This document shows positions 51,411 to 64,000 of a stretch of 64,000 bases of DNA, in pieces; positions within the stretch are counted from its first letter, which is position 1; each line of letters begins with the position of its first letter. The notes beneath the pieces were generated by a model. The model was given only the letters and a program-made list of their open reading frames with translations. It made no database searches and was not told the origin of the DNA. The translations under genes were made by a program, and so were the position numbers. The DNA is from Octopus bimaculoides. Taxonomy: Eukaryota. The stretch spans positions 26,158,045 to 26,222,044 of the forward strand of contig NC_068988.1 of the NCBI RefSeq assembly GCF_001194135.2, written 5' to 3'.

Positions 51411-52082
51411 TAATAATACAATAATTACCTTGACAGAAAGGATCAGATCTTAAGTTATATGCAAGCGGGAGGTATAGTAGCAAGTACTGCAGTTAAAGTT
51501 GTGAATAATCATACTCATTCTCACGCGCACAAAATCGGGTAGAGATGAGATACATATACGCGTAACATATGTATTCATATATGACACACCCGGCCTTATA
51601 GGTTTACTTGTTATATGCACTAAAGATGTGTATTTGAAGACTGGTACATATAGTCATAATGTCAACTAATGACTTGAAAACAATAGAACATAAAACAATG
51701 AAAGATGTATGGATGATGAATACGAAAATATTTGATTAAGAATTATACGCAATATAAGCATGCACGCACTCAGACTCATACACACAACCTTACATAGACT
51801 CACGTGTATTACCTATCTTTCTATGCACAGGTTTCAACATACACACACACGTATTACGCAAAAGACCACCAGACCTGTTACCATGCTATTGAATTCTTCC
51901 TACAACATTAACAAATACAAGGTTCACTCACACATACACATAAACAACCAAAACCACACAAACACCACATACACAACACAAACACACACACACACACACG
52001 CATGCAATTACGCGCACACGTACACACACGTGCTATTACACACACATAAACACACACACACAGGCGCGCACGCACATACGCA

Positions 52083-52325
52083 CAGATTCCTCCTCGTCTT
52101 ACACTTTCCTGTCTTAGAAAGAACTTTTTAATCATCCATTCCATTCCGGGAATGTGGATCGTTGGCGATGTTTTCCCCTCCGTCTTATTTTTCTCTGTCT
52201 CCTGTTTCTGAAGAAGAGCATTGCTCGAAACATAAAAGCACCCTTTTTTCCTGCTCTGAGCGTCTGATGATTCTTTGCATGTACAACGTCAACGCGTTCT
52301 TGTTTTTTTCTTCGTTTTATTTTTA
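52083..52325 (+). mobile_element. Penelope-type terminal-repeat-like fragment
   Basis: Pyrimidine-rich segment carrying a minimal hammerhead motif. The element assignment is inferred from that motif. Confidence 0.45.
52205..52238 (+). ncRNA. Minimal hammerhead ribozyme motif
   Basis: TTT-CTGAAGA-A-GAGC(ATT)GCTC-GAAAC-A-TA-AAAG: CUGANGA core, 4-bp stem II, GAAA, UA triplet, short stem I. Confidence 0.55.
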
Positions 52326-52462
52326 TTAATTATAGAGATAGACGGTTAGATAAATAGACAGATAGATAGATACGTGGATATACACACGCGCGCACAAGCA
52401 CATACACATAGAGACACACATATATGTACATACATACATACATACAAACATACATACATACA

Positions 52463-52494
<32 letters not shown>

Positions 52495-52899
52495 CGTAAA
52501 CAATTATGTACAAACACTTGTTTGATTTTATTTTATTTATTATTTTTTTGTTAAACTCTCTTCTTTCTGCTTACGTCATGATTTCGTCCCGTTGCTATCA
52601 GTCAAAAACAACTGTTCATTAAATGTTTGTTATTATGTATGCTGAGTTCCAGTACACAATCATCTGTGTAGATTTAATCTATTAAATTCTTTGGTATAGC
52701 CTCTAGAAACGTACGTAAATATTCACCATTCCTATCTAAACCTCTTTCAAATGTAGATCTTAACTTAAATACACATTTACAATTTCCCAAATTATAATCC
52801 AAAACCTCTTAGCGTTTGACTGATTTATTTTTTATATTCTAGTTGTAATTATTTCTTGCACAATATTTAGTAATAGTTTTGTCACACGTGGTTAACATT

Positions 52900-54390
52900 A
52901 TAGATTGTGTACCCGTGAATCCTTTTTTGCTTGGGCAAAGCAAGAGCAATACTTTGCTTCATGTTATGTTACGTGTCCATTCAGTCACAGGACATTACAT
53001 AACCTTGTTATTAGAATGGGGATATCTAACACATTGAATACTTCCACAGGCAGTTTATCTGTTCCAGGCGTTTCTCCGTTACTCATTGGACTAATTATCG
53101 TTTCTATTTTTTTTAAGATTTTGCTTCCATTGGCAACTTCTTATCACAGCTCATATATTTCATGTACTCAACACACTTATACGCCATTTGCTTCTAATCG
53201 AGCAGTATCTTTCATTTTTGTCCTTAAGTATACGACTTTGTGTCTTCATGCATTTGTGATGTATAATTAAATTCAGCTTATCATACATTGCTTAGAATTC
53301 ATGTTATTTACTAGTTTTTCTACAACCTGTTGTTGACCATTCGAATCAAACTATTGGTTGTTTTCTATGTTCAGAGCAATTCTCTTCATTTTAGTTTTGT
53401 ATCTATTTTGTTATTTATATAGGAATTCCTCCCATTTTAATAGAATATCATCAGGCATCCATTTTCTTCCTGTCCTTTTCACTTTCAGGCAGATTGCTTT
53501 TGTTGTCTTGGCATGCAAGTTTCATGTTTAATCCATTTTTCGTCTATTTACCTTTTACTATAACGTTCTTCTATTTATCTGTTTTGCAAACATTCATCAT
53601 TGTTTTGAATTTCCTCATTATATTTCTATTTATATTCTGTCTGATTTAGCAATTTCAACTATTCTCGTCTTCTAATCATTTTCATTTACTGAAGTTTGGT
53701 TTGTAATTTAATTACTACCAGATTACGGTCTCAATAAATAACTGCTACAAGGTATGTTGTTTTGCAAGTTTCAAGCACTTTCTAAATTGTTAGTTTATAT
53801 AGCCATTTAATATCTTTTTTTCGTGTCATCAACACTCTTCAATGTTTATATTGTTCCTGGTCATTGTTTGACTGTTAAAGTATTGCTTTCAACAAATATA
53901 TCTGTCGGTCTACTATTTCGTTTCTTTCACCAAATCTATAACAACTTATTGTACACTCAGTTTACACTAGCGTCATCTGCGTTAACATTTATTATTATAA
54001 TCATTGTTTATTTAGCCTTGAAGTGTGTTGTTCTGTTTCAAAATTGTTGCCAGAATTATTCTTTATCTTCTTAATTGTGTCTTGTCGTGTAACAAATACA
54101 TGTACGATGCTGATATTTAAAGATTTTACTCATTCTTACCTTTAACGCTCAGTCCCAAATTGTCCAATTACTGGTTTTCTTCCAAGATTGCTCATTATTG
54201 TTTCCACTCGTATTCTCTGCTAATTCCGCTACAATTCATCGTTGTGTAATTTCTTCTTTCACTTCTATTATCATGACTTCATCCACTTTCAGATATTTCC
54301 ATAGTATCAAGATTCATTAATTTCCGTTTCTGCACAAAATTTTCAAATCGTCTAGGTTAAAAGAATGTTTACATTTCTCAAATATTTAGA
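52900..54390 (-). mobile_element. Heavily decayed RTE-clade LINE ORF (APE endonuclease, linker, start of RT)
   Basis: NLDTMEISE; LNISIVHVF; FGERNE; DRNLVVIKLQTKL; KWMPDDIL; MSNGETPGTDKLPVEVF...LITRLCN. Many stops. Confidence 0.8.
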
Positions 54391-55851
54391 AGTAAAAGCT
54401 TGTTCTCAGTTCTAAGAGAAGCACTGCCAATGAGTTTGGCGTTACAATTACTACGTGGTGTCTTAAACCCAAAGAACATATTCGCTTCTCTCTTGAGTTT
54501 AAATCTACGTCACTTGTGGATTGTTCACACTCAGTGCTATTGCTTTCGTCTTTGGATGCTAATCATAGTTTAATTAAAAATATATGAGAGGTATTTACCA
54601 CTCCAGTATCTTCTATGAAGTTGTCTATCGATACTTTGCCGCTTGGAGTGCGTTAGATGTGCCACTCGTCTTGCTGTGAGACTCTCATTGTCTTATGATT
54701 TGGTTCATCACTGTGTTACGATTTGATTTTATGTGCAGTTCAGTGGTGAGGCACCTTATACACTAACCTTTTCAAGACAACTGTTAAACTGTCCATGTGG
54801 CTATAGATATGCAATCTTGATTTTTTGAGAGGTAAGTAAGTCATGGAAACTTGAGAACCTAAATCTGAAGTCCTCTTTTGTATTAGTATTTTCACCATGA
54901 CGTGAAAAATTATAATTTTACATTAATAGTAGAGTATGAAAGACTACACCATATCATGCAATGTATGTATGTAATACAGATGGATATTAAACGGGATTTC
55001 TGAGAAGTATTAATATTTTTTTTTGATTTTACGGTTTTACAATCAAATTCGTACTAAAGCAAAACAAGGACACCAATGGAGCAAAAATAGCGGGAAAAAC
55101 ACCAATACCAAAATAAATGAAAAGAAGGTAAAAGAACAACATTAACAACACCATCCACGTTATAATGTAACGACAACAAAGGGAATTTCAGAAAACAAAA
55201 TTAACAAGGTATTATCTTGTCGAGACTGAGTGCGCCGTAGCTAAAGAAATATAAGAACCTTCAATGCATGGGCTACCTGTGGAGGTATTGCTTCTCTAAC
55301 GCAATAACTGACAGAAAATCTTTTAACAGATTATAACGTCATAATATGTAGTGCAGATATTCTATACAGATACACACACATCAATGCTTACACAGATTCA
55401 ACCACACAGATATGAATCTATATACATGAGCAGCACGCATACATGTGATTAAATAAATATATATATGAATATATGTGTACGTGAAGGTATATATACATAT
55501 CCATAAAATATCTTTTGTAGATATGTGAGGATTTTAAAGATAAAAGCACTTAAACAGTGCATCAATACAGGGACACAGTTGTGCAATTGGGTATGTGTAT
55601 GTTTATGTTCAAACATGTGTCCATGGTGTGCGAGTTTGTGTATTTGTGTGTATGTAACTGAATCATGCTGAAAGGGGAAATAATTCTCTCGTACACACTT
55701 TATGGTTATTATTTTTCTTTTTTGATATTCGATATATTCTTGTAAGTAAAGAATATTCAGTTCTATGAAGGTAAAGGAGATTGGTCAATACAAATCCTAA
55801 TCAGCAACATTGTCAAACTGGTGACATGCAATTTTCATTCCTTTCATAATA

Positions 55852-55898
<47 letters not shown>

Positions 55899-55938
55899 CA
55901 ACACACACATACACATATAGGTACATACATACACTCAC

Positions 55939-55976
<38 letters not shown>

Positions 55977-57640
55977 TCGAATTCATTTCGTTTCATTGAA
56001 ATGATGTCATCCATTCTATTCATTCTTAAACATTAGATGTTAAGCAGAGCTAAATGTCGTAAATATGAATGAAAGTATTGTGTTAAGAGCTTTGAGTGCA
56101 TGCAGAAGCACAAAATTCGCACACTACTTAATTGTCGTTAACATCTCAGTAACCTAACACTTACCATCTTAAGATTCATAGGAAGTTAAGTTGTTCGTAA
56201 TGGCGTGCAGATTGGTGCAAGTTTTTCATACATTTATATAAGAGCGACTGAAAATTTCAAGCTGCAGTAAATACGGAATTAGAGCAACCGAGCAGATTAT
56301 TTGACAAGAGATTGCGTATTTTAAAATTTATTGTTTCAAACCTCATCTATTTTTCTATATAAGAGAAATATGCAAATTCTTAATGTGTGGTATACCTAAG
56401 GCAGTAAATCAATACATTTCAATGAAATCATTGGATTTTATGCTTATTTTATTATATTTATGTGAAATAAAATGAAATTTTACTCTCGTATGTTTCTTAG
56501 GCGTTATACGAACATATGAAATGACCTCATCTAAAATTGCTGATTATAACTGGAGTGAGTTTTATAATTCAACGCTATTCGTTTTCTACTGCATTAATCT
56601 GACAGGAATATATCATGTGACCGATGGGGTATTTTATTCAGGTAACCGATAAAAGGTAATAATTCAGTTATGACAAAATGTATTTTAAAGATACTGTGAA
56701 GGAAATCTGAGATATAAGAATCAAAATTTATCATATTTCGAGGAACGTATATAATATTAATTATAATAGTATTCCGAAAAATATTCATACTCAGCATAAC
56801 ATACATTTTAAATTCATTACCCATCAATACAGAAATCCAATAACTTGAGTAATCTCTGAAAACATTGGTTACCATGGAAACAAATTTTCTTCATTGCTGC
56901 ATTCAAGTATAATAAACTGCATTCGAATTATTGAAGTTTTCAATAATTGTCATCGTATACATGCAACCTGGTATTTTCGGAGGATGGTATTTTATTTCCA
57001 TGGAAATATCAGAATGTGATTACACAATTCTCCTTCATATAGTGTAACTAGAACAAGTCAACATTTATGAAAGATATCCAATTCTGAAGAAAGCAAGTTA
57101 GCAAAATCATAGGAAACGAATCGCTGTATCTGTCAACAAATGTTGTTTCAAGAATGATCGAAAACATTATTTCACACATACTCGCCGATGCACACGAATA
57201 CTGAAATATAAATGTATGTTCGTATGTGGGTCTGTATACGGTTTTGATAATAACCGGAAAAAACTTAGAGAGTGGCTGAAGGGCCGAGACTTTCTTAAAT
57301 TGGTCCGTCTCTAACTGATATCAAATAAATGGAGCATAAATTTATATACCGTTTATAATATTATTGCTGTAGGTTGCTCTGGAATAAATTATAACATACT
57401 TACACTCCCTTTTGGATAATGCATATTTTTTCAAATGGTTGGCCCATTAAACCTGCCAATAAATAAATTTAAAATATCAATGACATTCTACAATAAATGT
57501 CTCGAAATTAAGGCAACCAAACTTTCCGGTTTTAACTATCAATAAATGTGACAAGATATGAAAATTATACATCATTATAAAAGCTTAGTATATCTTCTAT
57601 TTGATTCAGACTAAATAAATTTAGATTTATGAATTAGATA

Positions 57641-58070
57641 ATGGTGATAGACGGAAATGCAATCATAATCTTCCCCAAAGGAGGCGAATGTAATACAGTT
57701 ATAGCCAAAACAGAATGGCTTCGAATGGACTGTAAACCGCCAGAACGACCGACTTTGGAGTGTATCTGTTTCCATCGAGGGTAGATTCCTAAATCGACGT
57801 CACAATCGACAGTCAGGTATGGTTTGGCCGCTTTTGACAGACACTAGAAATCTCTCCGCGTTTTTGTGCTCACGGATGTTAAAATTAACACCCAGCGATA
57901 CTTTAGCGATATTCTGAAAGCGGTACTACTTCCATGTGCGAATGAGCACTTTCAAGGTGCACATTGGAACCTCCAGCAGAACTCGGCACAATCCCATATC
58001 TCTAAATACACACCACTGGATTCAGAAATACATTCAGTCGTTCCGTTCATAGGCAAGGATGTATGACTCA
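57641..58070 (+). mobile_element. Internally deleted mariner/maT-like transposase remnant
   Basis: NRQNDRLWS...RQSGMVW; DVKINTQRYFSDILKAVLLPCANEHFQGAHWNLQQNSAQSHISKYT. Confidence 0.85.
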
Positions 58071-58071
58071 C

Positions 58072-58564
58072 AAGAGTTTTGAATCTCTTGTGTTTGTTTA
58101 GTATGCTCTGGACGGTTGCCACTGGGACATCACACTGCTTTGAAACGGTCTTGTAACCCTTTCCCTCACTGTGGGCACGCACAAGTCGTTGGCGTAGGTC
58201 AGCGCTGAGCTCTTTCCTCTTGGACGTGATGATCAGAAAATGAGAATAAACAGAATACTTTTCCTCTATTTTTACTTTATGTATACTCTATTTATACTCT
58301 TCTGGAAATAACTATAGGACAAATATCAGTATATTCAAAGGAAGTGAAAACAAGGGAATGAATAATTCTGAACATGTGCAAAATATAATTTTAGACCATA
58401 TCTATTATTATGCAAATGAAGTTTAGCCAAATCGTGTGGATTTGTGCATAGTAACAAGTAGACAGGAGATACACAGGAAGTAACAACATAATAGCTGTTA
58501 CAAATGAAGAATCTAAAAAAGAATATTAGTTTTCATGGGGTATGAACAATTTTGAGGACGACTA
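58072..58564 (-). mobile_element. 5' part of a Tc1 transposon: left TIR and transposase N-terminal helix-turn-helix, start codon mutated to ACG at 58227
   Basis: TA|TAGTCGTCCTCAAAATTGTTCATACCCC terminus; SKRKELSADLRQRLVRAHSEGKGYKTVSKQCDVPVATVQSILNKHKRFKT. Confidence 0.9.
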
Positions 58565-59563
58565 TATATAGATATATTTATGTAGGTATGGGTGTGTGTG
58601 CGTACGTGCGTGTGTGCGCATGTGTGTGCACGTGTGTGTGTTAAATACCGTTTTGATATTGGTCATATTTCTCATATAGCTTCTTTTCCTGTCTTATGTA
58701 TTATTGTTTTTCTTTACTTCCCATCCTTCCGTACTTCAATTTTTCATTTGTTCTGCTCTCCGTGTTCGTAAATACCTCCATTTTCTCTCTTTGCCAATAT
58801 TAAGCTTTGTTTCTGCTTTTGTTAGATATTTAACTATCCGCCGCATGACTAACAGCAGTTGTTTTTCATGTCATTGAAGTGTTTGTGATATCGACGTGTA
58901 GATATTGTTTAAATTTTCATCGTTTTCCATTTAAGACATTCTACGCTAACATAAACGCTGCTAGTATTACATAACATAACGTATCCTGGATCTTCGTTAT
59001 GGAACTCTACTTAGCAAATTAATGTTGATTTCCAGTCAGGCAAACTGGATTTCATTTTCTGTATGTTACAACGTTTCACATCCCGAGGCCTTCTATTTCG
59101 TCTTTTCTTCCTTTCCTTTCATCTTTCTTTCTTTTTATCTTTCATTCGTGTCCTTCCATTTCCTTTCTTATTTTCCTGTCTTCTTGCTTTTTGCTATTTC
59201 ATTCCCTTTTCTCTCGTATCCGCTTCGATTCTTTTTCTTAAGTTACTTCTCTTTTCATGTCTTCTATATAATTTTTTTTTGTCTTTCCCTTCCCGTTCCG
59301 TTCTTGAGTTTCTTCTTCAGTTTCTGCCAAGAACTGGAATAATGCCCGAATGATCAATAATAATCTTTTCTTTACTTTCAAGCCTTAATTTCACACATTC
59401 GGTTTCGTTCTCTGTGCATATGGTATACATACCAACACACAGAAACATATATATACACACAAGCGTAAGTACATGTGTGTATAAAATGACAACAGTTTTG
59501 CTTAGCACTTTATAAAGACAAAACATCGTAAAGCATAAACCAGTGGAAAGAGAAAGAAATAGT

Positions 59564-59615
<52 letters not shown>

Positions 59616-60647
59616 TAGAGACGGTTTTAAAACCAGTTGGGTAAGCGTTATTCTGCCCGTATTTCGAAGTTAGGAATCTAAGCTGTGTATCTGCAAACTA
59701 AGTGTCCATTCCACGTCGGGAATGCCAACAGGCACAATGGGGATTGTTTTACTTGTGCTTTTGTATGAAGAAGTCTCCAAATGTGGAAATGCAGTGGCTT
59801 AAGTTAGAGATTCATTGACATGGTCATGGGTGTATATAATCAGTGTCAAAAGGGTTACATAATATGCATCTAACTTGATAACCTGTACCTGTCTTAGAAG
59901 GGAATATACGCTGGTGAAGAGTGAGGGGGAGATGATGAAATGATGGAAACTTTATAACAGCCCTCCGTTTACATACGTAACGAAGACTTAAAGAAAAATG
60001 CACAAATGAGAGAAGACGCAAAGGTTATGTTAAGAGAAGAATTCTCGAAGGCTAAATATTGCAAAACACTGGTAAAATTCTTGAGATGTAAGATGGAGTG
60101 GTCAAATGATGGCAATGTTCAGAGGGGAGTGATCATTCCAATGCGAATGTCGTTAAGACAATCAAGAAGATATAACTGAGTTGAACAGGTTGACAGCTTG
60201 AATTCTTACGAATGACATAAAAAGGGAATTTAGAGAGAAGTGGTATAAAATTTTACGGTGGAGTAGATGGAATTGTTTCACCAGAAAAAAAGTGTATAGA
60301 ATAATTCTAAACACAAAGAGGGGACATTTGACAGGACAACTTGCATGCTAAAAGGGCCAGTTAAAACCTAAACCAAGAAAAAAAAACTAACAAAAAAAAA
60401 TGAATTACTCAATCCCGGACTCGAGTTTCGCTATCAATTGCCAAATAAACTAATTTGGGATCTGTAGCTTATCAGCGTGGTCGCTAATTAATGAATAATA
60501 CGTACCGAAAACACGCGCGCAAGACAGCTTCATCTTTATCCATTATGGATTGGAACTTAGTGCGCGAACGTAAATATATAGTCCAACAGCAGATAAATAA
60601 ATTTAAAACATTTTGTTCGTTCTAGTGTTATATATATTTGTTAGTAT

Positions 60648-60713
<66 letters not shown>

Positions 60714-62584
60714 TGCATATGCGTGAAGAGATGTATGCATGAGAGTGCTTGCGGTATGAGAGCGTGTATGTTCTTATGTGTGGGTGGATATGCGTAGAGG
60801 TATGAGTGTTCATGTTTGAGTACAGTTTGTGTCTTCGCGGAATGCTATCCACTTGAAATTCGATTTTTTTTTTTTGTGATTAACTTTGATTAACTTTCAT
60901 GAACATTTTAGGGCTTATAAATAACATCCATTGTTGTTTGTCTTATTTTAAATGATTAAATTTTGGGTTGTTAGAATAAATGTTAATGAACTTTTTATAC
61001 TTCCTCTGTTAGCACGTCATCCAGTCCCTATCATATATAAAATAGATGGATTTTGTTATGTGACCTAGAGGCTTATCTTATTAATTCAGAAATGCAGTCT
61101 GGGGATTAGCTTTCTCCCATCTGAAGATCATTGTATTACTGTGAGATTGTATGTTTGTGAAATAATAAAGAAAATACAAAAAAACAGTTCCATTTGTCGC
61201 CCTACCGCTCCATTCTTTCGATGGATCAACCTCTATCTCTTCCCTTGATCTCCTGACATAGCTTCTAAATCCCTGTCAAATTCTGAACGCAAGTTTTCTG
61301 TTTTTATATGGAAAGGGCACAATATAATAGATAATGTTTCCTTATTCACCATCTGAAGCAGATTGTGTATAATTACTTTCATGAGACACGGAGAAGAGAT
61401 TAATAAAAGCTGAAGCGATCGCTATAGAAACATACACACGGGCTTCATACATCTACGAACGTCTTTCAATTTATCAGTATAGCCAGAATATTTAGTACTA
61501 CTTATGAATTATACCTATCTTTCTCAATCGCTGCTCTGTGTACTACACAACTTCACCCCTGAAATCTGTATTTTTTTTTTTTAAATACAAGTTATACTCC
61601 ATATTCATCAAACAAATGAATATAACTTTTCTATAGAACTTCACATTTTAGTTGTGTTGAAAATCAAAATGGTGCTAAATCGATCTTTTTTCTTTCCGTA
61701 ATATACAAGCTCTTGCATTTCAGTAATATCTGTTTGGTTTTTCTATTTTGGTATTCTTTAAAATTGGCATGATAATGATAACAACTATTCAACTATTGAT
61801 ATTAAGCACTCTATGATAACTAATATACTAAAGCAACTTCGAACTGGTCAATGACATTCAACCTATATGGTTGCGTAGTTGTCAAATTTAAGGCGAAACA
61901 AAACGTCAAATANNNNNNNNNNNNNNNNNNNNNNNNNNNNNNNNNNNNNNNNNNNNNNNNNNNNNNNNNNNNNNNNNNNNNNNNNNNNNNNNNNNNNNNN
62001 NNNNNNNNNNNNNNNNNNNNNNNNNNNNNNNNNNNNNNNNNNNNNNNNNNNNNNNNNNNNNNNNNNNNNNNNNNNNNNNNNNNNNNNNNNNNNNNNNNNN
62101 NNNNNNNNNNNNNNNNNNNNNNNNNNNNNNNNNNNNNNNNNNNNNNNNNNNNNNNNNNNNNNNNNNNNNNNNNNNNNNNNNNNNNNNNNNNNNNNNNNNN
62201 NNNNNNNNNNNNNNNNNNNNNNNNNNNNNNNNNNNNNNNNNNNNNNNNNNNNNNNNNNNNNNNNNNNNNNNNNNNNNNNNNNNNNNNNNNNNNNNNNNNN
62301 NNNNNNNNNNNNNNNNNNNNNNNNNNNNNNNNNNNNNNNNNNNNNNNNNNNNNNNNNNNNNNNNNNNNNNNNNNNNNNNNNNNNNNNNNNNNNNNNNNNN
62401 NNNNNNNNNNNNNNNNNNNNNNNNNNNNNNNNNNNNNNNNNNNNNNNNNNNNNNNNNNNNNNNNNNNNNNNNNNNNNNNNNNNNNNNNNNNNNNNNNNNN
62501 NNNNNNNNNNNNNNNNNNNNNNNNNNNNNNNNNNNNNNNNNNNNNNNNNNNNNNNNNNNNNNNNNNNNNNNNATATATATATAC

Positions 62585-62617
<33 letters not shown>

Positions 62618-62948
62618 TGTATGTATAACAGACTCTCCCGTGGTTAGACGATGCATGAAGGTTCGACAATTTCTTACCAAACAACCAGACAGATTTGTTT
62701 ATAGTGAACAAATGTTTATGTAGACATAATCTCACTCCCTCCATCTAATCGACATTACCTGGGTATGGGTGTAGATGTGCACATATGTGTACATGTGTGT
62801 GTACGTGATAGTGTAGTGTAATGAATTCGCGTGGGATAGAGGAGTCACGTCGCAAATATGCTCATATATATATATATATATATATATTTACATATCTCAC
62901 TCTACCGATCAAAGAAATATACATATGTATATACTTATCTACACACTC

Positions 62949-62980
<32 letters not shown>

Positions 62981-63946
62981 AATGTGTGTGTATGTATGTA
63001 CGTATGCTTGTATGCACGTATATATATAATCATATGTATATGTATGCCTGATTTGTGGAGTGTGTCTTTGTGTATATTATGTATATCGAATGCCTTTTAT
63101 AGGTGCCAACGACATTTCAGATAATTTGTAATTTCGCCAAAGCAATCCCCTCATTATATCAAAACTATAAATCCGCATTGAATAAATACAAATCTTATTA
63201 GTCTTTAAGCTTTGTGATATACCATATATCACACAGAGCTGCTTGTCATTTTCAGTTCTTATTATTTGCACGGCGTCATCCTATTTTGAAAAACGCTTTT
63301 AAGAAAGAAAGAAAATACAATCGAAATCAAAATAAGTTTACAGAGCAACGATCCCTATATTACTTTGGAAATTAAACCATTACTCAGAATACCATATAGA
63401 GCCAAAAGTGCGTCGCTATCTATGAACACATTTTGACACGGTGAAATAGTTGACGAATAATGTGGAATAATATTTTGTAAACATTCATTGTCTTTCAAAC
63501 GTAATAACAGCTTAAGGTCCGATGTGAATTAATTAGAATATTATGAGGCGAATGTGTATATATAAACGTATTCAAACAAACAAAACTAGAAAGGTAACGA
63601 GTAGTTTTTAGTCAGCACAGTTTATGTTGATACGAATATCTCAAAGCTTTCAGTGCACTACCTATAGCATTGTGGGAATCGAAAATCTCAAATGACTCTT
63701 CTACTATATTAGTATTCTATCGATTTTGCTTATTTTAATATTATGGCATCTGATACTGTCTAGTTATTTCATTATTGAAGATGATACCTCGTAGCCAATA
63801 GATTGCTATTATGTGATTATCCTCACATGCTCTTTCATACATTCTGCATATACCCCCGCATAAATACATTCGTATATACGCTTCTCTTCATATACACTCA
63901 GACACGAACACACATGTACACATATCATATATACATATATATACAT

Positions 63947-64000
<54 letters not shown>

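Noticed and set aside
5-64000. Most ORFs in the supplied track (YIYI, CVCV, ERER, LSIY, HTHT, poly-X)
   Set aside because: They are translations of microsatellites and N gaps, not genes.

Overview
AT-rich, microsatellite-dense eukaryotic DNA with many N gaps. The repeat families look like those of Octopus; this is an inference from recognising the SINEs, not from a database search. Nearly all ORFs in the supplied track are artefacts of (TA)n/(CA)n/(GA)n/(GATA)n runs and N gaps. No complete host gene can be built, only a few isolated splice-bounded exon candidates. The window is dominated by two tRNA-derived SINE families plus decayed L1-, RTE- and R4/Dong-type LINE pieces, three Tc1/mariner-superfamily transposase remnants, MITE-like fold-backs and Penelope-type remnants with minimal hammerhead ribozyme motifs. 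There is also a three-finger C2H2 fragment. The most unusual items are: (i) an apparently complete 2.1-kb ORF1-only retroelement (34241-36344) inserted with a 15-bp target duplication just after the A box of a SINE; (ii) a fold-back made of two inverted hammerhead motifs (7063-7245); (iii) three diverged copies of an unrecognised coding-like segment at 43-47 kb; (iv) a decayed tandem ~50-codon repeat at 38.2-38.6 kb.
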